In this document: positions 12,273-24,068 of the stretch, piece by piece
How positions within the stretch are numbered: position 1 is the stretch's first letter
Layout of the letters: each line of letters opens with the position of its first letter
NCBI GenBank assembly: GCA_002633005.1
Contig: NMRA01000677.1
Span: forward strand, 1-64,000
Length of the DNA stretch: 64,000 nucleotides
Source: Phoronis australis
Taxonomy: Eukaryota; Animalia; Phoronida
Direction of reading: 5' to 3'
Position numbers and translations under genes: made by a program
The notes under the pieces: generated by a model
Database searches by the model: none
What the model was told of the DNA's origin: nothing
The model's input: only the letters and a program-made list of their open reading frames with translations

Positions 12273-12373
12273 GAAAAGGTGCGAGTGCCAGTGATGTTTA
12301 CGAGCGTATCAAGAATTTGGAGAACAGGATTCTGTTTCTGGAGAGTGTATCACCAGAATATTTTAATGTCATG
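12273..12373 (+). CDS. MBIP: MBIP exon 7
   Basis: atttcag| (G)KGASASDVYERIKNLENRILFLESVSPEYFNVM |gtatgt. Matches the MBIP leucine zipper DIYQRIKKLEDKILELEGISPEYF. Confidence 0.94.
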
Positions 12374-13443
12374 GTATGTGCCAAGTCCTGTTTAGGGTTC
12401 TGTGAGGACACGGGCAATTAAAATTTTTATTCTTCAAATTCTTTATTTTGCGTAACATTATTAAAACTGCTATCAAGATCTCTGTCAAAAACTAACTTTT
12501 CATCAAGACCACTTACTATGATAAAACTGGTCTGGACATGTTCCTGACTCCGTTAGTGATTTCTGGACTTGCAATGAACTTGCAATTTGTTGTTGCTAAA
12601 GATCAGACTCATTTTACACACTGAGCATGACATCAAGCAATTAATGAACTGCGAGCTCTTCCGTAACCCAGAAGTCGCTTCTGATGTGAGTAATGACTAC
12701 ATTGTGACCAGTTTTATAACAGAAAGTTGTCCAAATTGAAGTTAGTTGTGATAGAATGTTTGTTTTTTTATTGTCACACAAAAAAATGGACATTTCCTCT
12801 TCAATATGGCTGGTCTGTTTTTGTCACTTATTGTTTATGCTGAATAACTATCGCTTCTAAGTATTCGCAGCTATGAGGGACTTGAGTCTAGTTTTTGTAG
12901 AATTTGCTGGCATGGTTGACTCATGGACATGTCTGACTTTTGGTAGTTTTGACCTTTTAGTTTTGAACTTTTAAAGACCTGTAGTCAGTGAACTTCAAAT
13001 GATGAAGCAATGGAAATTGACTTTCTTTCTGACTATCTGATTTACCTAAAGGGGCAATAAAGCCCACCTTCGATCAATGATCAACTTTTGATTTTGACTA
13101 ATTGCTATTATAACATTGGTCTTTTCTTGTTACATACTGAGATGAGCAATGATTTCTTGACCTGGCGAGAAATGAGAGATTTTTATTGCTTCCAACCAGG
13201 CCCATTTAGTAAATTGTCATGGTGGGTTTGATTCAATTGCCAACGCAAAATGGTTTTCAATGCAATTCCAGACGATTTATTGCAACTGATTTTTAATCAA
13301 ACAAAGTATAAAAAGATGATGCTGTTCTGTAGGAAGGACAAGTATGCCTGTGGTTTAAGTTCGTGGTCTATGTCTTTAAAAATTGAGCTCTCAACTAATT
13401 TTTTATGATTCTATTCTTTGTATTTTTATTTTTTGTATTATAG

Positions 13444-13518
13444 CCAAAGCTCAACAAGAAACAACGAATTGGTGATGCTGGAACTTCAAAGACGTCATTT
13501 ACAAAATCCCATTTTGAT
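13444..13518 (+). CDS. MBIP: MBIP exon 8
   Basis: Long T-rich tract plus tag| PKLNKKQRIGDAGTSKTSFTKSHFD |gtaaga. The basic NLS-like KKQR lies where MBIP has its NLS. Confidence 0.8.
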
Positions 13519-13918
13519 GTAAGATTTTGAAAGAAGTCTTTCTGATTTCCCCTTCTAACTAAAAGATCAAAATATGGTGTCACAAAGAGTATGGACTTTT
13601 GAAAACTTAATTTAAAAGGTGTAGGTATTTCATTATACAAGCGACTGGTACCGATTAATCTCCGGTAGTAAGCATACTTTTGGAATGACGGAAATACAAG
13701 TACACTCATTTGATGCACGTGGGTAAAGAATGGGATAGTACATGAGGTATTTTTCAAATTGTATCCGTAGGTCACCATAAAATATGTGAATTCAACATGA
13801 ACATTTTGAAAGTTAAAATTCTCTGTATTTTGCTATGCACAAAGTCTTTACTTTATAACTTAGGTGGTCAAATGTTTTAAATATATATAATTTGGTGAAC
13901 TTTTTGCTTTTGTTGTAG

Positions 13919-13987
13919 GATATGTCGGTGAGAGAAATTGACGAGAGAATAAAGCACTTACAGTCAAAACTGAATGGCAAGGGATGA
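13919..13987 (+). CDS. MBIP: MBIP terminal exon 9
   Basis: tgttgtag| DMSVREIDERIKHLQSKLNGKG-TGA, matching the MBIP C-terminal zipper YSLAELDEKISALKQAL. Candidate AATAAA at 14181-14186. Joined CDS is 849 nt (282 aa). Confidence 0.88.
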   Translation, partial: DMSVREIDERIKHLQSKLNGKG

Positions 13988-14697
13988 CACTGACTCTAAC
14001 TGAATACATATGTGGTTGATGGCACATTGGGTTTTCAGTGCCTACCATTTTACCCAGGCCAGTCCATTTTCATGGTGGATATGCAACAGTCAAATTATGT
14101 TACAAAGAACCTGCTTCAACATTCACTTGTTTATGATGTTCGCAAATCAACTGTACTGTAAACAAGGGAAATTAGGTCAAAATAAATTTTTAGAGAGATC
14201 CTGGAAGGGTTTGTTGTAACTCGGAAAACTGTATTCGTGAAGACGGGGCTGCCTACAATACAAAGTGGCAGATAATGGTACAAAAATAGTGAAATAACTG
14301 GTATTCTCATAATATGTAGGTTTAGGAGCAGACCATGGGACCCCTTCATGCAATTATGGACATGACCAAACAGCACCATCAGCACTTGGGCCCTACCTTA
14401 CAACGTCCTCGATCCAATTCTTATCAGGAAGATTTCAAACACTAAGTAGAGTACTAGGCATTGACATTGTATTCAAGGGCTGTTTATGTGAAGTCGTGAA
14501 ATACAAGTCTGTGATGCAAAACCACTTTGTTTACTTCTTTGCTAAGCCGATGTGAATTTGCTTACAAGTTAACACCATGGAGGTGTATTTAAATCAAGGC
14601 AGTCACAGACAGCAGTATTCACTGCACAAAACAGCATCCCTACGTGGATGTTCGAAAATCAATAGCCGCACTTACAACAGTTGAACCAGTGTAAGTG

Positions 14698-14700
<3 letters not shown>

Positions 14701-14729
<29 letters not shown>
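14701..14729. repeat. (GT)14 microsatellite
   Basis: Read directly from the sequence. Confidence 0.95.
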
Positions 14730-14732
<3 letters not shown>

Positions 14733-14915
14733 ACACTACAGGCAAGGTGACAACGCGCCGATCATTTTTGACACTGGTACTCTGTCACATGATACAAAAG
14801 TTGACACAAACCAGCTGTCATGGAAGTATGTGAAGCAAAATTACTTCTGCAGGCTTTATTGCAATGTTGTACATGGGATTTGTAGCCCTACTTTTCAAAA
14901 ATAATTTACTTTCAA

Positions 14916-15228
14916 GGGCCTTTCATACTAACGTCGAGGCATCGATTGTTTGGGGAGTTGCGGTCAGTATGAACACTTAACTCCGGTCCAATCGAAGTAC
15001 CAGGTGCCACTGTTAATTTCATTTAGCACATTTAAATGCTCCCAAATTGTCCCATTGAAAAAATCTTGGAATGCAGCACTACCTTGCGATAACTTCAATG
15101 ACGTCAACGTCACCAACCCTTTGTTTCGATGGTCATTAACTACCAAAGCCAATATGAACGGACCAGTTAACTGTGCTGTTTATGTCAACGCTCTGCTCAG
15201 ACCGGAGTTTAGTCAATATGAAAGGGCC
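14916..15228. mobile_element. Harbinger-like MITE (family shared with 37298-37798)
   Basis: Termini GGGCCTTTCATACT and ATATGAAAGGGCC, flanks CAA and TAA. The left ~80 bp aligns with the reverse complement of the right end of the 37298-37798 element. Confidence 0.75.
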
Positions 15229-15516
15229 TAAAGTAACAAAACAGTATATTTGGTGAAATCTGAGTAACTGTCAAGTATAGTGAATTTTGTAGCTTCCTGT
15301 CGTTTCAGGTAAGCCAACACAGGTGGAAAGTAGAACTGAAACGGAGGGTAGAGATTAATGTCAGGAGATTGCCAAAGGAACCAAGACATCACAAGATATT
15401 GAGATACATTTTCAACATCATGGTTAGAATTTCTTGCTGCAAGACAGACATTGGACTCTACCCTACTGTAACTAGTGCCATAGACCTAGAGATTACAACA
15501 TTTCTTGAATGACATG

Positions 15517-15522
15517 TTTATT
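15517..15522 (-). terminator. Polyadenylation signal AATAAA of the H1 gene
   Basis: tttatt on the + strand, about 80 nt downstream of the H1 stop. No histone 3' stem-loop is visible. Confidence 0.6.
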
Positions 15523-15603
15523 GCCTTGATCAAGACCAAATGACAGTGAAATGGGTATTTACAATGATTATGGCTTTTATCAAAAGATCTACAGTCCAGT
15601 CAA

Positions 15604-15845
15604 TTACTTCTTGGCTGCTGCCTTTTTGGCTGGTTTCTTTGTCGTCTTCTTAGCCGGCTTTGCAGTCTTCTTGGCAGGCTTGGTCTTCTTCGCAGGTTTT
15701 TTCGCCGCAGCCTTCTTAGGGGCTTTCTTTGGAGACTTAGCAGCCTTCTTCGGAGACTTGGTAGCCTTCTTAGCTGGTTTCTTAGCTGGCTTCTTTGCTT
15801 TGGGCTTCTTTGCAGCAGGCTTCTTTGCTGGCTTGGGCACCTCAC
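15604..15845 (-). CDS. H1: Histone H1 exon 2 (Lys/Ala/Pro-rich C-terminal tail)
   Basis: ttcag| (G)EVPKPAKKPAAKKPKAKK...KSPKKAAKSPKK...KKAAAKK-TAA, with SPKK motifs. Confidence 0.96.
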
Positions 15846-16086
15846 CTGAAGACAATGAATTTAAGCATTTATTAAAATTGTTTTCCGTGGTTATGTAGCT
15901 TAATTCGATTGCAAGTGAATCGTGCTAGATCAGGATATAGAAAGGGCAACAATATAACAAGTATATTCATAACAAGATGGTATTTACTGGGGATTAACAC
16001 ACTGGGCTAAATAAATCAATTTGGTCCATAACAACCTGCAACCTGAGCACTACTTGTGTTATTATAATACTGGAAGACGAACTTAC

Positions 16087-16357
16087 CAACTTTGAATGAA
16101 CCACTGGCACCAGTGCCCTTGGCTTGCTTCAGACCTCCTTTAGCAACTAGTCTCTTCAGAGTTAGTTTCACTTGCTGAGCACAGTTGTCGCCGACTTTGT
16201 AATTGGCCTGGATGTACTTGACAATGGCTTGGCGAGAAGAGCCAGTTCTTTCCTTCAGAGCCTTGACCGCTGCTAGGACCATATCATTGTATGAGGGGTG
16301 GGCAGCCGGAACCTTGGGCTTGGACTTGGATGTCTTCTTTGGAGATCCTTCAGACAT
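16087..16357 (-). CDS. H1: Histone H1 exon 1 (N-tail plus globular winged-helix domain), H1.0/H5/H1-delta-like
   Basis: [55 protein letters not shown]...[15 protein letters not shown]|GTAAGT. GSSRQ and HPxYxDM are typical of H1.0/H5. 241-nt phase-1 intron; total 170 aa. Confidence 0.96.
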
Positions 16358-16489
16358 GATCGTTTGGTTAAGACTTCGATGATACTTTGTCAACGAGTGA
16401 TTTGTGAATACATCGCAGTTGAAAGCTGGGCGCTTATTTGTTGATAAAACCCCGACGCAATAGAAAGCACTCGAGTCTGTTCCGCATAA

Positions 16490-16530
16490 ATCCAATAATG
16501 GCGCCCAGGTTGACCGAGTTTGTGTTTGTT
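16490..16530 (-). promoter_or_regulatory. H1 promoter: H1/AC box (AAACACA) and CCAAT element
   Basis: tgtgttt at 16521-16527 reads AAACACA on the - strand, about 165 bp upstream of the ATG. ccaat at 16492-16496. Confidence 0.55.
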
Positions 16531-18495
16531 GCGTTGTATTTTAGTAAAAATATTATGAATTCCGAAATATATGGGTATTACTTTTACGTTTCTCTTTAAG
16601 GAAGAAAGATTGGTCTTTCGAATTCAATGCTTACCCAAGTCGTGAAGCTAAATACAAGCCAAGAAATGAAAGTTGAAATTGGACTTGTTGAACAAAGTTT
16701 TTTAAAAAATCACTTTGTCCTATATTTTCTCCCATTTAGCGATAACCATTCGAAATAATTGTTGAAAAGAAATGTAAAGCTGTCCTTCTTCTTGCTAATT
16801 ACTTACTTTTGGTACTATTTGTCAAATTTTTTGTTAGTGAAATTTCCATCCAAATTTGTCATACTAACACAGAGATGCGATGGGCGGCCATTTTCTTATC
16901 GGGGTGTTCGGTTCGCGGATCATTTTCAGGGGCACTTGATCAGAATTTAGCCATCCCTAGTTTGCGGCATGGTATATCTCAACAGACCAACAAATTGTTT
17001 CCATTGTCATTTTATTTTACCCGTACATACATGCCTGTATTAGAGTGGACCCAGGCGATGTAACATTTTTGCACCCCACTGATCCCGGCGACTGACTTGC
17101 GAGCGAGAAACTAACGCGATGGTCAGGGCTACATGTCTATCGGCGTGGATGGACACTGCCAGGCCTAGGTCTTAGCCTTTTTTGCCTGAAGAAATAAATA
17201 GACAACAAATTTCGTTCCACTAGATCGTTAACTTGACATTATGGAAGCCCTCTTGAGTTTGTGGGTCATATGGAGCAGTCACTGCTGCCGACACGGCGGA
17301 TTTGCAAAGTCGGCATGGATCGTAGTAAATCGTTGTCAAATGACCCCCCCACTCCCNTTTATTTTTGTGTGATACCACTGCGAGAAACAATGAAACAATA
17401 ACAAAAACCTGAATGGTCGTGAATCACCTCAGTTTCATCATGCATGTGTCGTGCCCGCCCAATTACCAATTTTCACAAAAAAAAATCTTGTGTAGGCCTA
17501 CATTATTTCTTTTTCTTGTCGCCTTTTAGCAGTCGCACACCTGTTCTATCGCCGGTGATTCTCTTCAGATGGAATAACTGTATGACGTAGGCCCACCGAG
17601 AATGTTGTGTCAATGTTAAATATAATTGTTTAAAATGCCACAACTTGTTTTATTGACTCGGACCTGCATGTATAATACACGTGCAAGTAAAATAAAGATT
17701 ATTATATATAGTTTCTGCTATATTCAAATTTGAAAAACCTTTTGGTTTAATTTTCAACTAAAAGCACTGGAAAGCCGCTATTGACATTTCTCCCACAGGG
17801 CATGTGCTTTTTCAGTCACATCATGATCCATAACATATTTATCTGCTCCAAATACAAAACAATCGCTTTGAACAGCATTTCATCATTAAGAACGAGGTAA
17901 ACATTTGAGTTAATTAGATCGGGTTCAACATCATCAAAACGTTCTGAGGATTTAGTAGGCCTACTAAAGGAAATGTGTCATAATCATTGAGTGTTTTGTT
18001 TTTCTTCTGAAAACACTGAATGCATTGCAAGAGGCTTCAAATATTTACTTACCCCAGTTTTAATGACCAGTTGGAAATCGACAGTTTGACTTTTTGAAAA
18101 AAGTGTGCCGGCTATTTTTTTTTATTTTTTTTTTTTAATTTCAATGAATATCAAAAAAATGGTTTACCCAAAATGAAATTGTAATTTCCTTGATAAAACA
18201 GACAACGTTTTCTTTGAAACATTGGTCTGTTTCTGACATTCTGTTTTCAGTTCCACAGTGCTTAAAAGACCATTTTCCGCCCATAAGAAGAAAATGGCCC
18301 GCTGTTACACACTATTATCTAGCCACCTCACGTAACAACGAACTGTTGGATGGCACTCACTATCACGTTTTTTTTTTGTTTATTTTGGGCTAAAAATCTC
18401 ACAATCTCGGCAGCTCCAACAGTATTTCACCTTACAAAACCTGAAAATGTGGACACTATGTTAGTAAAGTCGATTGCAATGGTAAATTAACTTTG

Positions 18496-18969
18496 TATGG
18501 TGACGTTTTTCAAGATTTATACTTAGACGTGATAGAAAATGCAAAACTTAGAAGATTCATAACTAGAATTAGATGATGCAATCATTGTTTATAAATTGAA
18601 GCAGGAAGGGGTAAAATTGATAAGGAATTGAGAAACTGTGCGATTTGCTTAAAGTTTGGATTTTCTGTAACTGAGGAAGAGTTCCATTTTATTACAAACT
18701 GTACTTTATATGATAATTTGTGAGATAAGTTCATTCCTGGATTCAAATAGTGCTTATACTCTACATTCATTAGACGAATGCAAGACGTCTCAAAATGCTG
18801 AATCTTGTCTAAATACCTGCAGCGACGCCTGGCGAACCAGAAAAATATATTATAAGTGTACAAGATGATGAACTATGTATATTTCAGTTATGTACTTTTA
18901 TGTATTTTGATATTATTGCGCTATGGACTGGAGGCCTTCAAGTTCAATGAAGTTTATTCTTCTTCATCT
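18496..18969 (+). mobile_element. Degenerate LINE 3' end (RTE-X-like ORF2 C-terminus plus tail)
   Basis: Translates as YLDVIENAKLRRFITRIR*CNHCL*IEAGRGKIDKELRNCAICLKFGFSVTEEEFHFITNCTLYDNL*DKFIP, the LxIExGR...CxxC...EDEFHF...CxLY motif. It is followed by an AT-rich UTR ending caatgaagtttattcttcttc. Confidence 0.85.
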
Positions 18970-19974
18970 ATTTAAACTGATTCCAAAGTCAATATTTCCA
19001 TCTTTTACGGAAGTGCAGTCAGCTACTTTAAAAACTCACAAATACATCAAATCAACAGTTTTACCCCCAAAGCTACCATTTGCTTTCAGACTTCTACGAA
19101 CTGAGACACAGTGCATTAAGGCTGCCAAAACTTTTCAGATTACAGAAATTGTGAAAAGTGAGTGTCGACCAGCCAGATTTTTTACAAATCCATAGTGTCT
19201 GAATCTCCGCTTAACTTCGTATTTTCGTATTCCCTCATGCAAGCAGTAAAAGAAATATTGAGCAAAAAGTGGGTCGAGGGGTCAACAAATGGCAATCTTT
19301 CACTCGAAACAAAATCATAAAACAAATGCTATGTAGCACAAAACTTAAAATCCCCAGGCAATCCAGCAGGTGCCAACTCTTAAGGATATTGGGGGGGGGG
19401 GGCAAATTCGACAGCGGCTCAAAAATAATGTTGAATGAATTCCACATCAGTTCTTCCTAGCCTGGAGATTAAAAACAAACTGAGACCAACTTCACCACTG
19501 GAGGTTATCTGATTTTTAATTAAACATACAACAAATGAATCAGTACCTAGTACAATATAACTAATGCATGGATTTTTTGGAAATTATTACGTTTGAGTAC
19601 TGTCAGTGTTGTGGAACATGATCCTATATATCTGAATTGTTCCAACGGAAGAGATAACAGTTGTTTTGTCTTAGATTCTACCGTTCAGTGTTTAGATGTC
19701 CACAAATTTGCAATAACTGAATTCATGAATTCATGAATTCAGTTCATTCAGTATTGTGATCAGTAAAGTTTGAGACAATATCTTCTCTTCCCACAGTTAA
19801 ATGTCAGCCTAAAGCATAGGGGGGCCTCGAATTTTTCGATGTGCGGACCTTTTAGTGAAAGAAATCAACGAGGGCTAAAAAAAACGGGGCAGCTAGGTTC
19901 AGGCCCACGAATTGTGCATCCGCGCCGACTTCCTGTGGGATTTTGTGGACTTTTTGTTACAATTCGCCAAATTG

Positions 19975-20860
19975 GATGCGCCCATGGAAATAGTATCCAT
20001 TATACATTCAGAGTCAACATGTTCTACTATAAACAAACATTTCATACTGCACGTCATAACAAATTTTAACATTTCCAACATTAGACATTTTGAGAATTCC
20101 AAACAATATCGTATTATTCTCATATGGATTTTTACCTTCTTCCTAGTTAGTTCTCTCGTAGCATCATCTGGTGCATTTAAACAAATCGTAACAAGTGTTT
20201 ACAAGATTTTTTGCGAACAGATTCTATTTTTTTCTTTCATGGAAATCGCAAATTTCTCAGCCTGAAACTAGAAGTTGTATAGTTGTCTATCATCAAAAAT
20301 TTTAAGCCATATCATCACCGGAATATCAGTAATCTTTAGTGTATGTGGTCATTAGTGCGAAGAGTTACCTTTGACGCTTTTTCTGAAAACGTTTTCTGCG
20401 CTTTTGTAAACAGTTCTTTAAGATGCTTACATTCCGCAATAATTTCATTTCTTTTGCCACCAAAGTCCAATGTTCATATAGACGTAAACACAACAATGTT
20501 TGTTTCCTACATATTTAGTTAAAACTGCCATTGCCCACAATAGGACGAAAGTTCATTAATCAAAATTTTTCATAACAGTTACGATACATTTATTAGCAAC
20601 AAAGCCATGTCGTCTGCAAACATCAATATATACAAATTTAGTGTCCATGATCTGCTATTCGTCTTCAATTCTTCTTCCAATTCATTTGCGAACATAGAAA
20701 ACGTCTTTTTCAAACGCCCATGTTCGGCTTAACGCCTTCATCCCTGATAAATTTTTCGATATTCGTTTGAATTACAGGAATACAGTCTTTCACGAGAGAT
20801 TTGTTTCGAAAGGTATCGTAAAATACACGACACTGAACATTCAAGCACGTGACATTTTTT
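19975..20860 (-). mobile_element. Degenerate LINE reverse-transcriptase fragment (RTE-X-like)
   Basis: Minus strand reads FSMFANELEEELK...LNLYILMFADDMALL (FADD at 20620-20609). Upstream ISRERLY and GVK remnants, downstream MRIIRY..ILKMSNVGNVKICYDVQYE. Many stops and frameshifts. Confidence 0.85.
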
Positions 20861-21323
20861 TCTTGTTGACAATTTACCAATTACATCAGGTAACTAGAGC
20901 AATTAAAATGGAATAGATAATAAAAAACGATCGTGGGGGAGAAGACATAAAAATACCATTTTGTCGGTAAAATGTCCCGTACGTTTCGGATGTTCACGCT
21001 CTTTTTCACTTTCACAGAAAAGTTTTGACATTTGAACAATTGCCTAATTCACAGGTATATGAACTGGGGGGGAGCAGGGGACGCACTTACGAAGTTACGA
21101 GACAGGCTCTCCACCAAACAAGAGCGTAGGAAACAGGGGACCCTGGAGGGTACTTGCCCATCAATAACCTGCAGGCGTGAGGATGAGACCTTCGTGGGGA
21201 CCGGCATCAGGGCATAGGCGTAGGGTGGGGGTGAAGCAGTCGAACACAATCAAAACATGTAGACGCAAGAACAATTTAGAGAACAGTTATCAAATACCAG
21301 TGAACGCTGGATTTACTCTTTGA

Positions 21324-23545
21324 GGGTTTGTCCAGGACATTTTTTGTTAAGGGGACTATAGCTAATTGCAATATGGATCGTCTACGCTCACTTGAAAGTT
21401 CATACATACTTCAAGAACTTCAAAACTAGTGTTAACGCACACAGCTTTCCAGAACAGTGGCACGATATAGGGTATCGTGAAAACGCGTATTTTAAAATGT
21501 GTCGGTGAATTCGACACATTTCGTTTCGCCACCAAAACCCGCGGAAACTTCCTAATCATGCCCGGAGAAACAAAAGTCTGCAAACCTCAATGTCCCGGCT
21601 CCGCTCCGCCAATGAGAACGATCTAGTCGATGACGCGAGGAGAATGTGAAAGAGCAATGGCAAAGACTTTGTACTTGCCAATTTAACTCAGCCCTTACCC
21701 CGGTGACCTATACTATATTGTACTGATCACAAGGTACATGCGCGCACCCAGGGGGCAGGGGGTCGGGTGCTAAAACGAGCCCCTTCATTTGGAAAAGTGG
21801 GCAAAAAGGTCCGCTGAAAAGAAGCAAAAACTCCGAAAAAAGTAGAAAACGAGACAAAAGACCACTGAAAAGGCAGAAAATTCACCAAATGCACAATTCA
21901 TAGCTCAGAACGTACCACGTCCCCCCCCCCCATTTTAGGCTGGGTGCGCGCATTCACAGAAATAATGCCCTGCTATCATGTTGGTTTTGTAACCGAGCAA
22001 AAGATGTCGGGACTAAGCAGAAACATTGAGAAAGATGACCTTCGTGAAATTTCATGGAGCTCAGATAAAAGATCATTCGCCGCAAATATAATGCATGAGA
22101 GTCTTGGATTTTTGTTTAAATATTTTTTAAGGGAGTATTTGGTGGCCACTGTCCCATGTTTATCTTTTTATTCTTAAAAAGTCACACAGTGCTGATTGGG
22201 TGCAGCAGAAATTGAAAACCTTTTAAAAAGTTTAGCTCAAAAATGATATATCAACTTAGCAATGGAAAATGCTCACGTTAGAGTGATTGGGCTCCATTTG
22301 TGGTGTTATCAAGTGTAATTAGAACGCTAATTCGTCTAAACAAAGGTTTGATCTCAAAGTACGAATCACAACAATGGTTTTCAAAGGGGGCGCTGCTTGT
22401 AGCTTAAAAGAAAATTTACGTGTNGGGTTTGTCCAGGACATTTTTTGTTAAGGGTACTATAGCTAATTGCAATATGGATCGTCTACGCTCACTTGAAAGT
22501 TCATGCATACTTTAAGAACTTCAAAACTATTGTTAACGCACACAGCTTTCCAGAACAGTGGCACGATATAGGGTATCGTGAAAACGCGCACTTTAAAATG
22601 TGTCGATTATTGAGGGTGAAATCGACACATTTCGTATCGCGACCAAAACCCGCGGAAACTTCCTAATCATGCCCGGAGGAACAAAAGTCCGCAAACCTCA
22701 ATGTCCCGGCTCCCCTCCGCTAATGAGAACGTACCCGGGTAGATCTAGTCGATGACGCGAGGAGAATGTGAAAGAGCAATGGCAAAGACTTTCTACTTGC
22801 CAATTTAACTCAGCCCTTACCCTGGTGACCTATACTATATTGTACTGATCACAAGGCACATGCACGCACCCAGGGGGCAGGGGGTCGGGTGATAAAACGA
22901 GCCCCTACATTTGGAAAAGTTGGCAAAAAGGTCCGCTGAAAAGAAGCAAAAACTCCGAAAAAAGTAGAAAACGAGACAAAAGACCACTGAAAAGGCAGAA
23001 AATTCAGCAAATGCACAATTCATAGCTCAGAACGAACCACGTCCTCCCCCCCAATTTTAGGCTGGGTGCGCGCATTCAAAGAAATAATGCCCTGCTATCA
23101 TGTTGGTTTTGTAACCGAGCAAAAGATGTCGGGACTAAGCAGAAACATTGAGAAAGATGACCTTCGTGAAATTTCATGGAGCTCAGATAAAAGATCATTC
23201 GCCGCAAATATAATGCATGAGAGTCTTGGATTTTTGTTTAAATATTTTTTAAGGGAGTATTTGGTGGCCACTGTCCCATGTTTATCTTTTTATTCTTAAA
23301 AAGTCACACAGTGCTGATTGGGTGCAGCAGAAATTGAAAACCTTTTAAAAAGTTTAGCTCAAAAATGATATATCAACTTAGCAATGGAAAATGCTCACGT
23401 TAGAGTGATTGGGCTCCATTTGTGGTGTTATCAAGTGTAATTAGAACGCTAATTCGTCTAAACAAAGGTTTGATCTCAAAGTACGAATCACAACAATGGT
23501 TTTCAAAGGGGGCGCTGCTTGTAGCTTAAAAGAAAATTTACGTGT
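21324..23545. repeat. Tandem duplication (21324-22423 / 22425-23545) joined by a single N; likely allelic assembly artefact
   Basis: Both copies begin gggtttgtccaggacatttt and end gaaaatttacgtgt, with the N at 22424. The 5' halves differ by SNPs and small indels; the 3' halves are identical (the same 77-aa ORF occurs twice). Confidence 0.9.
21737..21954. mobile_element. MITE (second copy at ~22859-23076 in the duplicated block)
   Basis: TIRs ATGCGCGCACCCAG and CTGGGTGCGCGCAT, with subterminal G- and C-runs. Confidence 0.75.
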
Positions 23546-23800
23546 GGTCTCAAAAGTGTTCAGTAAGTTCGTGTTCTGATTGGACAACTAGCACATCCGG
23601 GGCGGAGATTCGGGATCAGCTTGACAGGTGCTTGCGAATGAGTGCTTTAGATCTCAATTTCTGTGATTTATAACCGGCGTTAATACGTCCAATTTTCGTG
23701 TTCTGTTCTTAACTTTTATTGTCATTAATCAGTCATAAAATCAGGACACACCGCGAAAAGAGAGTGAGCTTTAGGAAGGTATTTTAATTGGACAACAAGT
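23310..23800 (+). promoter_or_regulatory. Candidate distal promoter of the PTK7-like gene
   Basis: Same-orientation ATTGG (inverted CCAAT) at 23317, 23408, 23579 and 23787; GC box GGGGCGGAG at 23599-23607; locally CpG-rich. Downstream sequence is G/T-skewed as expected for a + strand intron. Confidence 0.5.
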
Positions 23801-24028
23801 ATTTGTTTACATTTTACATGGTTCGGCGTGGACCGGCGACATGATTCAGAATTCATAACTTCCAAGAGTCTTAGTTATACTATAGGCTGTAGCCTTCTAA
23901 CTGTACTCCGGCGCTAAGTTCGACAAGTCTCGTGGGATTTAGTGGCAAAGTCGAGGAATACGATGGGAATATAACTCAAGCCTACGGATATTTTCGTACT
24001 TCATCTGTTGAAGATTCAAACAACAATC

Positions 24029-24068
24029 ATGTTCTATGGCATCGTGATTTTCCTTTGTTTTATGACCG
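24029..24068 (+). CDS. PTK7: PTK7-like candidate first coding exon 1a (signal peptide)
   Basis: aatcATG after an in-frame TAA (23972). Reads MFYGIVIFLCFMT-G, then a perfect CCG|GTAAGT phase-1 donor. Spliced to 41284 it gives MFYGIVIFLCFMTGSLLPSSES-QDNF. Confidence 0.62.

Noticed and set aside
15551-15898. 115-aa Phe/Ala/Gly-rich + strand ORF (looks like a membrane protein)
   Set aside because: It is the antisense shadow of the Lys/Ala-rich H1 tail.
16358-16495. N-terminal extension of the H1 ORF (MDLCGTD...)
   Set aside because: It begins at a non-ATG codon and overlaps the promoter and 5'UTR. The true ATG is at 16357.
21944-23299. Duplicated 77-aa ORF as a paralogous gene pair
   Set aside because: Non-ATG start inside a MITE end, no recognisable domain, and duplicated only because of the N-joined repeat.
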